A DNA stretch of 64,000 bases from Anolis carolinensis (GCF_035594765.1 NC_085843.1:206809971-206873970); one strand, 5' to 3'. Shown: positions 1 to 12,373, counted from the stretch's first letter. Program-made: numbers and translations. The notes: generated by a model from the sequence alone, not told the origin.

Positions 1-1559
1 ATAGGACATTTTCAATTAATCATAGTTTTTATATTATAGGCCTGACTGCTCTGAGAATTACAGAAGAATCCTCTCTTCAGATGAAATTATAAGAGGAGGA
101 CAAACAAGATTTGCATCATATTCCTCACACCCAACACATCTCATGTCATCTTCCCAACAGGAAGTTAATTCAGCTGCGGTGGACTGTGAAAGGGGGCCTC
201 AGTGTGAAGTCACAAGGGAGATGGGTCAAAGGAAAAGGTTACCTGTGGTAACAATTGATTATAATTATGGATTGCCTTTAAACTATACAGCTGAAGGGGA
301 AGATAGAGCACATTGTGATTCACATCCAAGGGAGCACTATATTTGGAAATGAACCACATACACATATGCATGCATTTTTCACCTATTTTCTTTTTGTGTG
401 TGGACCAAACTTCTCTCAAAATGAGATTTTTAAATATTACTGGTATCTGTGCACTGGTGGCTTATTGTTTGCCTCATCCTGACCATAGTAGGGATCGGCC
501 TCCATCCATACAATTTGGATCACATGCCATCAATGTATGATTTATAAGACTAGCTTCTGCCAATGTTTGTTTACATTTAGACAGTCATTATATTTTTTAC
601 ATGGAGACAGATGTCTAACATAAATGAACAGTAATATTTGCCTTTAGTAAATTGGAAGGATGTAGCATAAGGCACAGCTCAATCTGGTCCCTTCTACACT
701 GTCATATAATCCAGTTCAAAGCAGATAATTTGGATTTTATATGGCAGTGTAGAAGGAGCCTCTGTGTTCTCCTAGTAATTGCATCTTAGAAAACATGTAA
801 CAAAATAATATAAAGATTGTTCTCAATAAAATTTCACTATGAATTTGATTATGATTTGAAAGGAAAGAAAATAAATCTATTGTAAATATTGAAAAAATTA
901 TGGTAACATGGTTAATTAATTTGGTGGTAAGAATTTGGGTTTCCTAAAGCATTTTCTGTTTACAAAATAGAGGCAAGGATTGTTTTAGAATAAAGCCTAT
1001 GAAATTAGAAAAATAAAGCTGATCTCTTCTTTTCTGTCGGTATCCTAGCCATATCATCTGAGTTCTCATTTTTCTTTGCTTCTGAATTAAGATATCTTGT
1101 TTCATATAATGTTATGGTTCATCCATATATAATGGATGAACCATAACTTCTCAAAGCTTTGGAGTCTTTTTGGAGCCATTATTGATCCCATTATACCATA
1201 TTTACTTGAGTGTAATGCTCACAATCAGGGTGGCACATTAGACCATGGGTATATTTAACCAGACCATTCTTTGTGTGTTTGTGTGTGTTTTATTTTTTTA
1301 CTGTATACAAGTGACAAATGTAAATAGAAATTGCTTTAACTAGCCAAACTGGTACATTGCAACAGTCTAACAAATCTTTCCCCACCTACCTCATTCCTGT
1401 GAACCACCACCCATGACCTCCATCACTACTTCCTGTGAATCCCATATCTAATAAAATCTATCCTTATAACTACTTTAGTAAATTCCCATTATGGCTACTT
1501 TAAAGTCAATATTTGTCTTTCTTTCCAAATATTCAAATACCAGTCTCCTTTTTTTTTTA

Positions 1560-1990
1560 GCAAACTCTTCATTATCTCCCCCCCCCCCCCAACAAACCAT
1601 TAGATAGCTTGGCCATTTGAATATAGTCTAATAACTTTTCTCTCCAATCCTTTTTCACCTTTACAAGATATCACTATTGTCAATCTGGCTGCAACAAAGC
1701 TATACTGACAAATTTCCTCATCTCTTTTACTAATTCTCTCCCTAAATATTACTAAAAGGCACATTTCTAGATTTTTAAAAACCTTATTGGTAATAATTTT
1801 GTTTGTTTCCTTAATCACCTTTTTTCAAAAATCTTGTATCGTCCTACAAGTCCACCAAACATGGAAGAAGGTGCCTTTCTGTATCTTACACCTCAGGCAT
1901 TCCCCAGAATGAGATTTATCCATTTTGGTGATTATCCCTGGCATTATATAACTTCTGTAGAACATTGTATACATATTTTCTCTTATAGAG
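1560..1990 (-). mobile_element. L1/Tx1 LINE ORF2 3' fragment
   Basis: CLRCKIQKGTFFHVWWTC zinc knuckle typical of the L1 ORF2 C-terminus. Confidence 0.75.
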
Positions 1991-2303
1991 CCAGCTATTG
2001 AGAATTTATTGGGCTGGTGGCTGGAGGGGGGAAGATGTGCTGGAGAGAGCTCTAGCGGTTGCTGAGATAGTAAGGAGAGACTATATAACACAGAATATCA
2101 AGGCAAATAATCCACAATATCTGCTTAGAACTGGTTCATCTGAGTCCACACTGTCATATAATCCAGATCAATGTGGATTTTATACAGCTGTGTGGAAGGG
2201 GCCTACATCAATCTTCCTTTCCGACCATCGATACTAGATGAAACAGAGGATTTAAAAATATTGTTCTTACATGCCCAACACCATTCTTAGGGAAAGTCAA
2301 CAT

Positions 2304-2437
2304 TTTTTTTCGTGTCAGGAGTGACTTGAGAAACTGCACATGGGGAGCTGGAGCTGACAGAGGGAGCTCACCTGCTCTCCCCAGATTCAAACCGCTGCCA
2401 GCACAAGGGTTTAACCCATTGTGCCACCAGGGGCTCC
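2304..2437 (-). mobile_element. Short tRNA-headed SINE with a ...cctgacacg(A)n tail
   Basis: 11-bp TSD aaagtcaacat (2293-2303, 2438-2448); head resembles the Sauria SINE. Confidence 0.8.
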
Positions 2438-2974
2438 AAAGTCAACATGAGAACTCAACATTAAAACTACCAGCAAGAAATAACCCCTCCTTTAGATTTA
2501 TCTGTGCATCTTCACCTACTGAGAGTGAGGCAAAGAGCAATGAATCCAGAAAGGAGTACCTGGCAGGAGGCAAAGTAGAAATTTAAATTATATATTGATA
2601 TTTTCCACAGTGTACATTAGGGAGTGGGAGGGAAAGGTAAGACTTAGTCAAGTTGTTAGTAGTTTAATACACTTTAGTACATATCTTAGCAGGGAATAAT
2701 TTTTTGAAGTGTGGGTATGTGCAACAGAATATCGAGTCCACAGATAAGGGGAGTTATATTGTACTTTATGAGATCTCAGCCTACTCACCCTCTTTTTTCC
2801 TTTTTTGCTGTACATCTGACCAATCAAATTCCATATCACCTAAAAGAATATAGCAAAATTATTTGAATTTTTGGAAAGTATGAACACTCATTAGGAACTG
2901 TTCCCCTTTCCCCCCTTAAAACTGCACTTTCTATGTCTGTTTGCATATTATAAAAATCTCTGCCACTCCCATTA

Positions 2975-2977
2975 ATA

Positions 2978-3025
<48 letters not shown>
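2975..3025. repeat. (AAT)n microsatellite; others at 9480-9550, 10200-10250, 16040-16075, 16675-16695 and 49318-49370
   Basis: Read directly from the sequence. Confidence 0.95.
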
Positions 3026-3027
<2 letters not shown>

Positions 3028-3149
3028 ACTTTATGTATATTCCGCTCTATCTCCCCAAGTGGACTCAGAGAGGATTACAACATACACAGATAGACAAACA
3101 TTCAGTGCCTTAATACAGTGGAATAACAATGACATACAAATACACAGAA

Positions 3150-3491
3150 CAAAGGTAAAGGCTTTCCCTTTCATCTCTGGCTTTCTGGAGGTGGTGCTCA
3201 ACTCTGCCCATGAGGAGGTGCTCTTGTTTCATATCCAAGCCGAGGAGCCTGTTGTCTGTAGACATCTCCTGGTCGTGTTGCCGGCATGGCTGCATGGGCG
3301 CTTTTGATTATCTTCCCCGTTGAAGCGGTACCTATTGATCTACTCACATTTGCATGTTTTCGAACTGCTAGGTTGGCAGGAGGTAGGACTAACAGTGGGA
3401 GCTCACCCCGACCTGTGGCTTTGAACTGCCAACCTTTAGGTCAGTAGATTCAACAGTTCAACAGTTTAACCCACTGCGCCACCATAGCCCC
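3150..3491 (-). mobile_element. Sauria-type SINE next to an L2 tail and (AAT)n (about 2975-3060)
   Basis: Reverse complement of the 10912 SINE, aaaggtaaagg tail. Confidence 0.8.
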
Positions 3492-4347
3492 CTCATCTGC
3501 CTCCCATTCGCTTCCTCTTCGGTCCTCTCATCTCTTACCTGTTATTGCAAATGTGGCTTGAGTTTGCTTTGCAGATGGCAAAAAGGGATGTATGGGATGA
3601 GCAGGATGGAAAAAGGAGTTCACAAGTGTATAGTCTTTTGCTGTTAAAGGGCTGCAAAAAGCTGTTTGAGCACAAGGTTGCAAGCTAGCAACCTAATTTA
3701 AGATTTAACACAGCTTTCCATAATCTTTAGATCTAGGTTGCACATTACATTGTATACCATCTACCATCTAAAGCAAACAAAAAACAGCTTAGACACATTT
3801 TTTAAAAAATGTATTTAGTCCCGGGAGAAATATTCTGAAAGTGCTAATTCTCTGCAGCGCTAATTAGAGAGGAACATAGTCATATTATACATTTTTAATT
3901 TTTACAGCTTGGAAAGTATTTTCATTGGGATGTTTGGAACAAGATGGTCAGAGGAATACCTGAAAAACATTTCTGGCATTTCAGGATTTACTTTTTTTGG
4001 CACAGGAAAAATAACAGGAGCGGAAAATATATCAGTTGTAATTGTTTTGGTGTAGCATCCAATTGGCAATCTATCTGGATATTTATCTGCTATTCCAATT
4101 TTAGTCATAATGTACCATCTACAAATGGCACTGAAAATGCTGCTAGGGAATTTTGTCTTTACAGAAGGAGGGAAAGTAAAATAAATGTTTATTTGTTCAG
4201 AAATGGGATCATAATCTAAAACAATAAAATGTGTATTATTTTGGGTTTGACGATGGTTAGAATTCATGAGGTACAAAGCAGCTGGAGGATAATTAAGATT
4301 GCAATTCTCCCCCACTTACATAAGAGAAAACACTGTTCAGTGTAATG

Positions 4348-4478
4348 CATTGGTTCTCAACCTGTAGGTCCTCAGATGTTTTGTCCTTCAACTCCATGAA
4401 ATTCTAACAGCTGGTAAACTGGCTGGGATTTCTGGAGTACGCCAAAACACCTGTGGACGCACAGGTTGAGAACCATTG
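4348..4478. mobile_element. hAT MITE
   Basis: TIRs, 8-bp TSD (g/c)tgtaatg. Confidence 0.8.
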
Positions 4479-5009
4479 CTGTAATGGGTCTTACCTCCAA
4501 AGAAGAGCTGGGATCTCAGATGAGCACTGGGAATAAAACTGCAATCTTCTTCCACTAAAACTCAGGATGACTCTGATTAAAGTTTGATTAAGTAATTTAA
4601 TTCACTCCCATCAATGTAAATTATACAAATGCATCTATTTTGAGTTAGTGTGCTTCAGTTTATTACCGTGTTATACTAAGGATTTTATCCCACCAGCCTG
4701 TTATCTCATCACAATCAGATTTTTTAAGTAAAGAAAAACATACCAATGTTGGAGAACGATAACTTTTACAACTCAGCACAATTGTCCAATCCTCATATTT
4801 TATTGAGGCTAATTCCCACATTTCAAGTGCAGTACGACTACAGGACAGTCACAGTGATTTCAGCTATCTGCTAAGGTTGTGGTTCAGAGCCCAGCACGCT
4901 ATGCTGCTCCACAGGCCAGATTAAGACATGAACCAGTTTGAAGGCAACAAAAACAGAGGTTTATTCTTTCCAGCCAGAAAGGATGTCAGAAAAAAGTCTG
5001 CATTCTCAA

Positions 5010-5150
5010 TGATCCGGAAGTACAGAACATATTTATACACTTTTGACAGCTATTCGGAACACCAGCACCAGCCTCTGATTGGCTGAAAATTGATACAGCT
5101 GGCATCCGGGCTTCTAATGGCTTGGAATCCCTTGTGATGTCATTGCTGGT
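5010..5150 (-). promoter_or_regulatory. Candidate promoter of a divergent upstream gene
   Basis: On the - strand CAGCCAATCAG (5085-5075) is followed by TATAAAT (5037-5031); ETS-type CCGGAAGT at 5014-5021; non-repetitive context. Confidence 0.35.
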
Positions 5151-5588
5151 TGGTGTTTCTCCATGGCAGGAAAGCTGCCATTTGTTGGTTTGAAGTTTTG
5201 AGTCCATTAAAGGTCTGTCCCGGAGGGAGGTGGGGCCTCCAAAATGCTGTGTGGCAGTATGGAAAACAGTTCATGATGGGATTAATTGCTCAATCCAGTG
5301 CCACATGGCAACCGGGGGGGGGGGGGGGTAAAGGAGGAGGCACCACAACCCCTTTGTAATATCAGATCAACCTCCTGGGGGTCGCGACCCCCAGGTTGAG
5401 AAATACTGTTTTACATGATGATATTAGCATCACAATGGATGGGAAGCCAGAAGTGCCTCAGGTACACAAGCAGATATGCTAAATTATTTAACTGGTTTTC
5501 TGGGACTTGCACGCTGAACTGTATAAGCGGATATCTTCATTCATGGCATCAGCGCACACAGCTACATTTTATCAATGAATGTATAGAG

Positions 5589-5934
5589 CAGCGTTTCTCA
5601 ACCTGGGGGTTAAGACCCCTGGGGAGTTCGCGAGGGGATTTCAGAGGGGTTGCCAAAGACCATCAGAAAACACATATTTATTATGGTCTTAGGAAACCAT
5701 ATCCCTCCAGTATTTTCTGTTGGTCATGGGGATCCTGTGTGGGAAGTTTGGCTCAATTCTATGGTTGGTGGGGTTGAAGGGGCTAGATCTCAGCAATTAC
5801 AACTCCCAGATGTCAAGCTCTATTTCTCCCAAACTCCACCAGTGTTAACATTTGGGCATATAGACTATTTGTGCCAAGTTTGTTCCAGATCCATCATTGT
5901 TTGGATTTCACAGTGCTCTCTGGATGTAGGTGAA
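5589..5934 (+). mobile_element. Truncated longer hAT non-autonomous element (another end fragment at about 5360-5408)
   Basis: cagcgtttctcaacctggggg terminus of the same TIR family. Confidence 0.6.
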
Positions 5935-6774
5935 CTTGTCAAGAAATTATGATAGGTTTTTCTTTCATTTCCTGAGGCGATCCACTTATTCACAGAGAGA
6001 TATGGTAATGTCTCAGGGGTGTGCAGTCAGTCAGCCTTCCATGCCAGGGTCAATGAAATTAGAGAAAAGGGCAGAATGGAGGGAAGGTTCTTCTCCAGAA
6101 TTGCAAAGCTGTATAAAAATAACATTCATGTTTTAATCATATTGAACTTGCATTGAATCCATACTCTTTGGGGGGGCGAGGGGGGGGGGAGTCCGATTTC
6201 TCAATAACAACCAAGCTCCATCCAAAGGCACTTTTGTTCTGCCATAATTGCACTACATCAGCCTTGTGTGATAAAGTCATTGAAGTCCAGAAGACTGAGG
6301 CCCCTTCCACACAGCTGTATAAAATCCACATTGAATTGGATTATATGTCAGTGTGAACTCAGATAATACTACTCAAGGGGGGATATAAATATGGTAAACA
6401 AATAAATAAATAATCTACTTTAATATTCTGAGTGATATGGTTGTGTGGCTAGGAGCCCTAGTCAAAATCTCCATTTGGCCACAGAAACTCTCTTGGTCTT
6501 AGAAGAAGGCAATCCTCTCTCTGATTATAAAAAAAAAAAAATCACCCACATCCATGATAGATTTACATTAAATTCACCATAAGCTAAAAGTGATTTGAAA
6601 GCACATAACAATATTTGGGGACATTTTAGAGCTTGATGCGATATACAGAGGAATTACGCCTGTGTCATGTTCAAATCTTCATGACCAAGATCCAAGAATT
6701 ATAGCCGCTATTCAGTTTATAGGAAAGGGTTGCCTAATTTATCCTAATACATACAGTTATAGAGACATTATAAA

Positions 6775-6990
6775 ACTCTAGGAGACCAGGGTTCAAATCG
6801 CAGCTCAGCCATGGAAACCCACTGGGTGATAATGGGCAAGTCACATCCTCACAGCCTCAGAGAAAGGCAAAGACAAATCCTCTCTGAGCAAATCTTGTCA
6901 AGAAATTATGATAGGTTTTTCTTTCATTGCCATAAGTCAGAAACAGTTTGAAGATATGCAGCAGCAATAATAAACAAGCAAACAACAACA
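6775..6990 (+). mobile_element. tRNA/CORE-like SINE with an RTE-type tail; relatives at about 6430-6610, 7580-7780, 25035-25255 (-), 40765-40935 (-) and 59050-59240
   Basis: B box gggttcaaatc, ...gggcaagtcac...cagcctcag, (CAA)n-like tail; recurs several times in the window. Confidence 0.7.
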
Positions 6991-8754
6991 ACAATGCATC
7001 TTTGGCCTTTTATTTTTATTCCAGAATTAATAATTAATAACACACAGTACTATACATACTGAAAAGATACAGCTGCACATGACAAATTACACATATCAAA
7101 TGTGCACATAGTTCTGCATTGACTTTGGGATGCATCCTATGGAAAAGAGCTGTTGGTGTATGAAAAGAATGGGCAGCTTTTTGATGAGGCCCTGGAACAG
7201 CCCTGATTGTACAAAGGATAAAACAGAAAAGCACTTTTGTGGTTAGGGGAGATAAGAAATAATCTACAATGCTGAATAGACAGCACCAGAGGTTTCACAT
7301 CTAATTCAGCTATTTCCAAAAAGCTGTTGTATCTGAAACCCAGGAATAACACTACGTTAACTGATGTGGAGACTAGCCAAACGTTTATGGAGCCCTAGGA
7401 ACTGTGTCAGAGAACACATTCACCTGCAAAGATATTAACATAAAAATCAGTTGTAAACTCGTTCAATAACACTAACAATATCTGGGGGGGAAATCTGTTT
7501 CTGGGTTGAAAGTGTTATTTCCTGTTTAATTGTGCAGTGCTTACTTTGAAAGTAGTTGTTATACTTCAGAAACTTTGAGTTAGTAGTGTTTGAGCATTGG
7601 TTTGAATCCCTGTTCAGCCATGGAAACATATTGGGTGACCTTGGGAAAGTCATACTCTCTCACCATCAGAAGATGGCAATGGCAAACCTTCTCTTAATAA
7701 ATCTTGCCAAGAAAACCCCATGACAGCGTCTTGGAGTCACCATAAACTAGACATGCGAATAATGTGTACACATCAGCAACAGCTTGAATACAAGTTGCAC
7801 TATTATAGTTAGAAGATAATATTCCAAGATAGTTTAATCAAGCTGCTTTTCAGATCAAGCAGGTTCCAAAGGCAAATCTTACACCTTTGTGCTGGGAATG
7901 TCACTTCAGAAGCAAACAAAACCTCTTGCTTCTTTGCAGTATTCTGAAAGAGCTAGCTGATCTAAGTTTTTTTACAAGTTACACATCCAGGGTCCATTAT
8001 CAGTCACTAGATCTGCATCCTCTCACATCTGAACATAATTTGAAATATATTATACCTGCCATTAGAATAAACATTTTGTAATTTACATGTTCCTTGCATA
8101 TGACCTGTAACTGTTGGCAGCTGTGGGAAAAGATTGATCACCTTCAAATGCAGCAAGCAATAGCAGAGCCCCCAAAATAAATGCAATTAGTAGCGAAATG
8201 TATAGCTGAATGGAGTTAATGTTAGCCTATAAAATATTTCTTACATCTATATATATAAAAGGATTTTAAAAAATCGGCCTAGGACAAAACAACAAAACTA
8301 CACATCCCAGAAACTCTAAACTTGGCAACACAACCCCTCATCCATGCATCTACGTTCATACAATAAAAAGAAAAGAAAAATAAAGTCCTAATTAGAGGGA
8401 AAGGAATAATTGTTTTTTATCCAATTGCTGCCAGTTAGAAGGCGAAGCTCTGCCCACTTGGTCTCCTAGCAACCTACTCAGCCCAGGGGACAGGCACAGT
8501 TAGGCCTCAGGCCTCTTCCACACTGCCTATAAGATACAGATTATCTGATTTTAACTGGATTATATGGCAGTGTAGACTCAAGGCCCTTCCACACAGCTAT
8601 ATTACCCATTTATAATCTTATATATCTGCTTTGAACTGCATTATTTTGAGTCCACATTGCCAGATAATCCACTTCAGTGTGCATTTTATACAGCTGTATA
8701 GAAGGGGCCTCATATAATCCAGTTCTAAACAGATAATATAAGATTATAAATATA

Positions 8755-9098
8755 CAGTAGAGTCTCACTTATCCAACATAAACAGGCCGGCAGAACGTTG
8801 GATAAGTGAATATGTTGGATAATAAGAAGGGATTCAGGAAAAGCCTATTAAGCATCAAATTAGGTAAAGATTATACAAATTAAGCACCAAACATCATGTT
8901 ATACAACAAGTTTGACAGAAAAAGTAGTTCAATGCTCAGTAATGCTATGTTTTAATTACTGTATTTACAAATTTAGCACCAAAATATCACAATGAATTTA
9001 AAACATTGACTACAAAAACATTGACTACGAAAAGGCAGACTGCGTTGGATAATCCAGAACACTGGATAAGCGAATATTGGATAAGTGAGATTCTACTG
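8755..9098 (+). mobile_element. Tc1/mariner(pogo)-type MITE carried inside Helitron 1
   Basis: TIR CAGTAGAGTCTCACTTATCCAA, TA TSD. Confidence 0.88.
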
Positions 9099-9117
9099 TA
9101 ATATGAAATAATTACTG

Positions 9118-9479
9118 TGGTAATCCAGTCCAACCCAATTCTGCCATGGAGGACACAACCCAAGCACGCCCAACAGATGGCCATCCAATATCTGCACAAT
9201 AATAACACACATCGAATCATAGCATCACACAGTAAGGAGACACCCCTAAAGGCCATCCAGGCCAACCCAATTCTGCCATGCAGGACACAATCCAAGAACT
9301 CCCAACAGATGGCTACCCAGCCTCTCATTACTAATACTAATACTAATAATAATAACAACAACAACATCATACAATCCTAAGATTTGGAGTGACCCCTAAG
9401 GATCATCCAGATCAACTTCCTTCTACCATGCAGGAGGACACAATCCAAGCACGCCCAACAGATGGCCACCCAGCCTCTC

Positions 9480-9526
<47 letters not shown>

Positions 9527-10200
9527 GAAGAAGAAGAAGAAGAAGAAGAATATCATACAATCATAAGGTTAGGAGACACCCCTAAGGATCATCCAGTTCC
9601 ACTTCCTTCTACCATGCAGGACGACACAAACCAAGCACTCCTCACAGATGGCCATCCAAGATCTGCACAGTAATAATACAAATCAAATCATAGAATCAGA
9701 CAGTTAGGAGAGACCCCTAAAGGCCATCCAGTCCAACCCAACTCTGCCATTGGACGATACAATTCAAGCACCCCCAACAGATGGCCAGCCAGCCTCTCAA
9801 TAAGAATAAGAATAAGAATATCATACAATCCTAAGGCTAGCAGATACCCCTAAGGATCATCCAGTTCAACTTCCTTATATCATGCAGGAGGACATAATCC
9901 AACCACTCCTGACAGATGGCCATCCAATATCTGCACAATAATAATACACATCGAATCATAGCATCAGACAGTTAGGAGACACCCCTAAAGGCCATGCAGT
10001 ATACAATCCAAGCACTCCCAAGAGATGGCCACCCAGCCTCTCAATACTAATACTAATAAAAATAATAACAACATCATCATACAATCCTAAGGTTTGGAGT
10101 GACCCCTAAGGATCATCCAGATCAACTTCCTTCTACCATGCAGGAGGACACTCCTGACAGATGGCCATCCAGCCTCTACATAACAATGATTATGAAGATG

Positions 10201-10251
<51 letters not shown>

Positions 10252-10340
10252 GAAGCATAGAATCCAAGAGTTTGGAGAGACCCCTAAGGGCCATCCAGCC
10301 CAACCCTTTCTACTATGCAGCAGGACACAATCCAAGTATT
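9118..10340 (+). repeat. Tandem array of about 9 units (roughly 120-185 bp) made of an antisense CR1 3' tail plus a variable (AAT)n/(AAG)n spacer, inside Helitron 1
   Basis: Core acccctaa recurs at about 9242, 9392, 9578, 9713, 9846, 9981, 10102 and 10280; the unit resembles the CR1 end at 52616-52735. Confidence 0.88.
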
Positions 10341-10825
10341 CACATGGACAACGTATAAATACTATACAATACTACACAGGGACATAGACCCCCTCTACCC
10401 TCACCATTTTCACAGTACACAAACAACCAAATGCATACTAAACATAAAGATAACCATACAACAGACATTCAATACCACCACTACCTCAACAAGTTCTCAC
10501 CAACACCACCAGAAAACACCACAGCAATGCGTGGCCGGGCACAGCTAGTGTTTTATATTGAGAGAAATGTGTTCCACATGAAGTAGAGGCAATTAAATAA
10601 ATCACACTATGTAACAAAATTTGGGGGGGGGGTGAATCTGTTCCTGGTTTGAAAGTGTTATTTCCTGTTTAATTGTGTGGTACTTATTTTGAAAATAGTT
10701 GTTATACTCCAGAAACTTTAGTTTTTATGGCTGCCACAAATTCTATTGAATTGGTTGAGACTCTACGAGATATTCATTAGAAAACTATAGCAAAATGTGC
10801 AGCAGGATGTCCCACAAAAACAATA

Positions 10826-11325
10826 GGCCCTTCCACACAGCCCTATATCCCAGAATATCAAGGCAGGAAATCCCACAATATCTGCTTTGAACTGGAATCT
10901 ATGTCAGTGTAGGAGCCCGGTGGCGAAGGGCGTTAAAGCACTGAGCTGGAGACCGAAAGGTCCCAGGTTCAAACCCCGGGAGTGGCGGGAGCGGCGGCTG
11001 TTAGCTCCAGCTCCTGCCAACCTAGCAGTTCGAAAACATGCCAATGTGAGTAGATCAATAGGTACCGCTCTGGCAGGAAGGCAACGGCGCTCCATGCTGG
11101 CATGCCGGCCACATGACCTTGGAGATGTCTACGGACAACGCCGGCTCTTCGGCTTAGAAATGGAGATGAGCACCAACCCCCAGAGTCAGACATGACTGGA
11201 CTTAACGTCAGGGGAAACCTTTACCTTTTATATGTCAGTGTGGACTCAGATATCCCAGTTCAACACAGATATTGTGGGATTTCCTGCTGTGATATTCTGG
11301 AATATAAGGCTGTGTGGAAGGGCCC
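10826..11325. mobile_element. PIF/Harbinger-like MITE (GGCCCTTCCACACAG TIR) split by a Sauria SINE
   Basis: TIRs ggcccttccacacagcc / ggctgtgtggaagggccc, palindromic body. Confidence 0.75.
10912..11230 (+). mobile_element. Full-length Sauria-type tRNA-derived SINE
   Basis: tRNA head with A and B boxes (ggtggcgaagggcgttaa, ggttcaaaccc), (ACCTTT)n tail, 11-bp TSD tatgtcagtgt. Confidence 0.88.
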
Positions 11326-11819
11326 ATAGTTACTGCAGTTTAATAAACTTTTCCCATGTTTTATGATGGAACCAATTAGGAAGTGATATTTATAACCCTG
11401 GAACAAAAATAGTTTTACATAGTGTTATTAGTTTTCACTTAAGTGTATGTGTTATTAGAGCAGTAGAAAGTCTCATACCTCAAACATATTAAAGTATTGT
11501 AACAACTATTTTGATTATAGTATGTGGTATCCTTATTATTAGTGACAACGTTTATTAAAGCAAGGGCAGGAATCATGCAACTCTTCATATCTTGTTTGAC
11601 TGCAAATCCGAGCAACCCTACCCAACAAAGTAAATAATAATAAATATTTGGATGGCAATCCAGCAACTGGAAGGTTGCATGATTCCTATTCCTGCTTTGT
11701 AGTTTGATCCTAATTATTATGTTTTAAATTAGTGTGGCTTTTGATAGCATAGCTCGTTTTTAAAAACAATTATTGAATTTTAACTTTGTATTATTTTAAT
11801 CTGTGTTTGAGCCACACTA

Positions 11820-11970
11820 GGACCCCTCCCAAACAGCTGAATAAAATCCCACATTTTCTGCTTTGAACTGAAATATATGACAGTTTGGACTCAGATAATC
11901 CAGTTCAAAGCAGATATTGTGGGATTTTCTGCCTTGATATTCTGGGTTATATGGCTGTGTGGAAGGGCCC
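11820..11970. mobile_element. PIF/Harbinger-like MITE
   Basis: Same family as 10826-11325, tag on both flanks. Confidence 0.72.
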
Positions 11971-12373
11971 TAGATTTCATATCGTGAGAAAGCTATAGGC
12001 TTGTTGTACACATTTACATACATTCATTGGTAAGATAACTGATTAATCAGCAAGATTACTCAATAGACAGATGTTATTTCTCATTGTGAAGAGTATAGGA
12101 TACAGTATTTCACAATGATGAGGCTTTTAGACTATGAATGTGGAGTTGTTTTTACTAGTTACTCATCACTGAGGAGTCATCTCATGACCACATCTTGCAT
12201 TTCCTAAATAATGGTTAACCACACTTTCATGATGCACCCAAGTCTGGCTTAATCTGTTAATACCTATTTTTGAAACTGTCATCTTTACTAACATTTCATT
12301 CTAAGACCAAGGACAGGTCAAAGTCCTCTGGTGCAAATAGGGGATGAATCCATTCGTTTATCAATTTAAATGA

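Larger units (their letters stand above)
8246..10548 (+). mobile_element. Non-autonomous Helitron, copy 1
   Basis: A|TCTATATATATAAAA 5' end, subterminal hairpin ccacagcaatgcgtgg then ...cacagCTAG|T 3' end, A-T target with no TSD; ends shared with 59308-61749. Confidence 0.88.
10604..11425. mobile_element. Non-autonomous TIR element (acactatgta...tacatagtgt) hosting a Harbinger-like MITE and a SINE
   Basis: Terminal inverted repeat; related fragments at about 7465-7580 and 41180-41256. Confidence 0.65.

Noticed and set aside
9118-10340. Repeat-spacer appearance suggesting a CRISPR array
   Set aside because: Eukaryotic context; the repeats exceed 100 bp and derive from CR1, the spacers are microsatellites, and there are no cas genes
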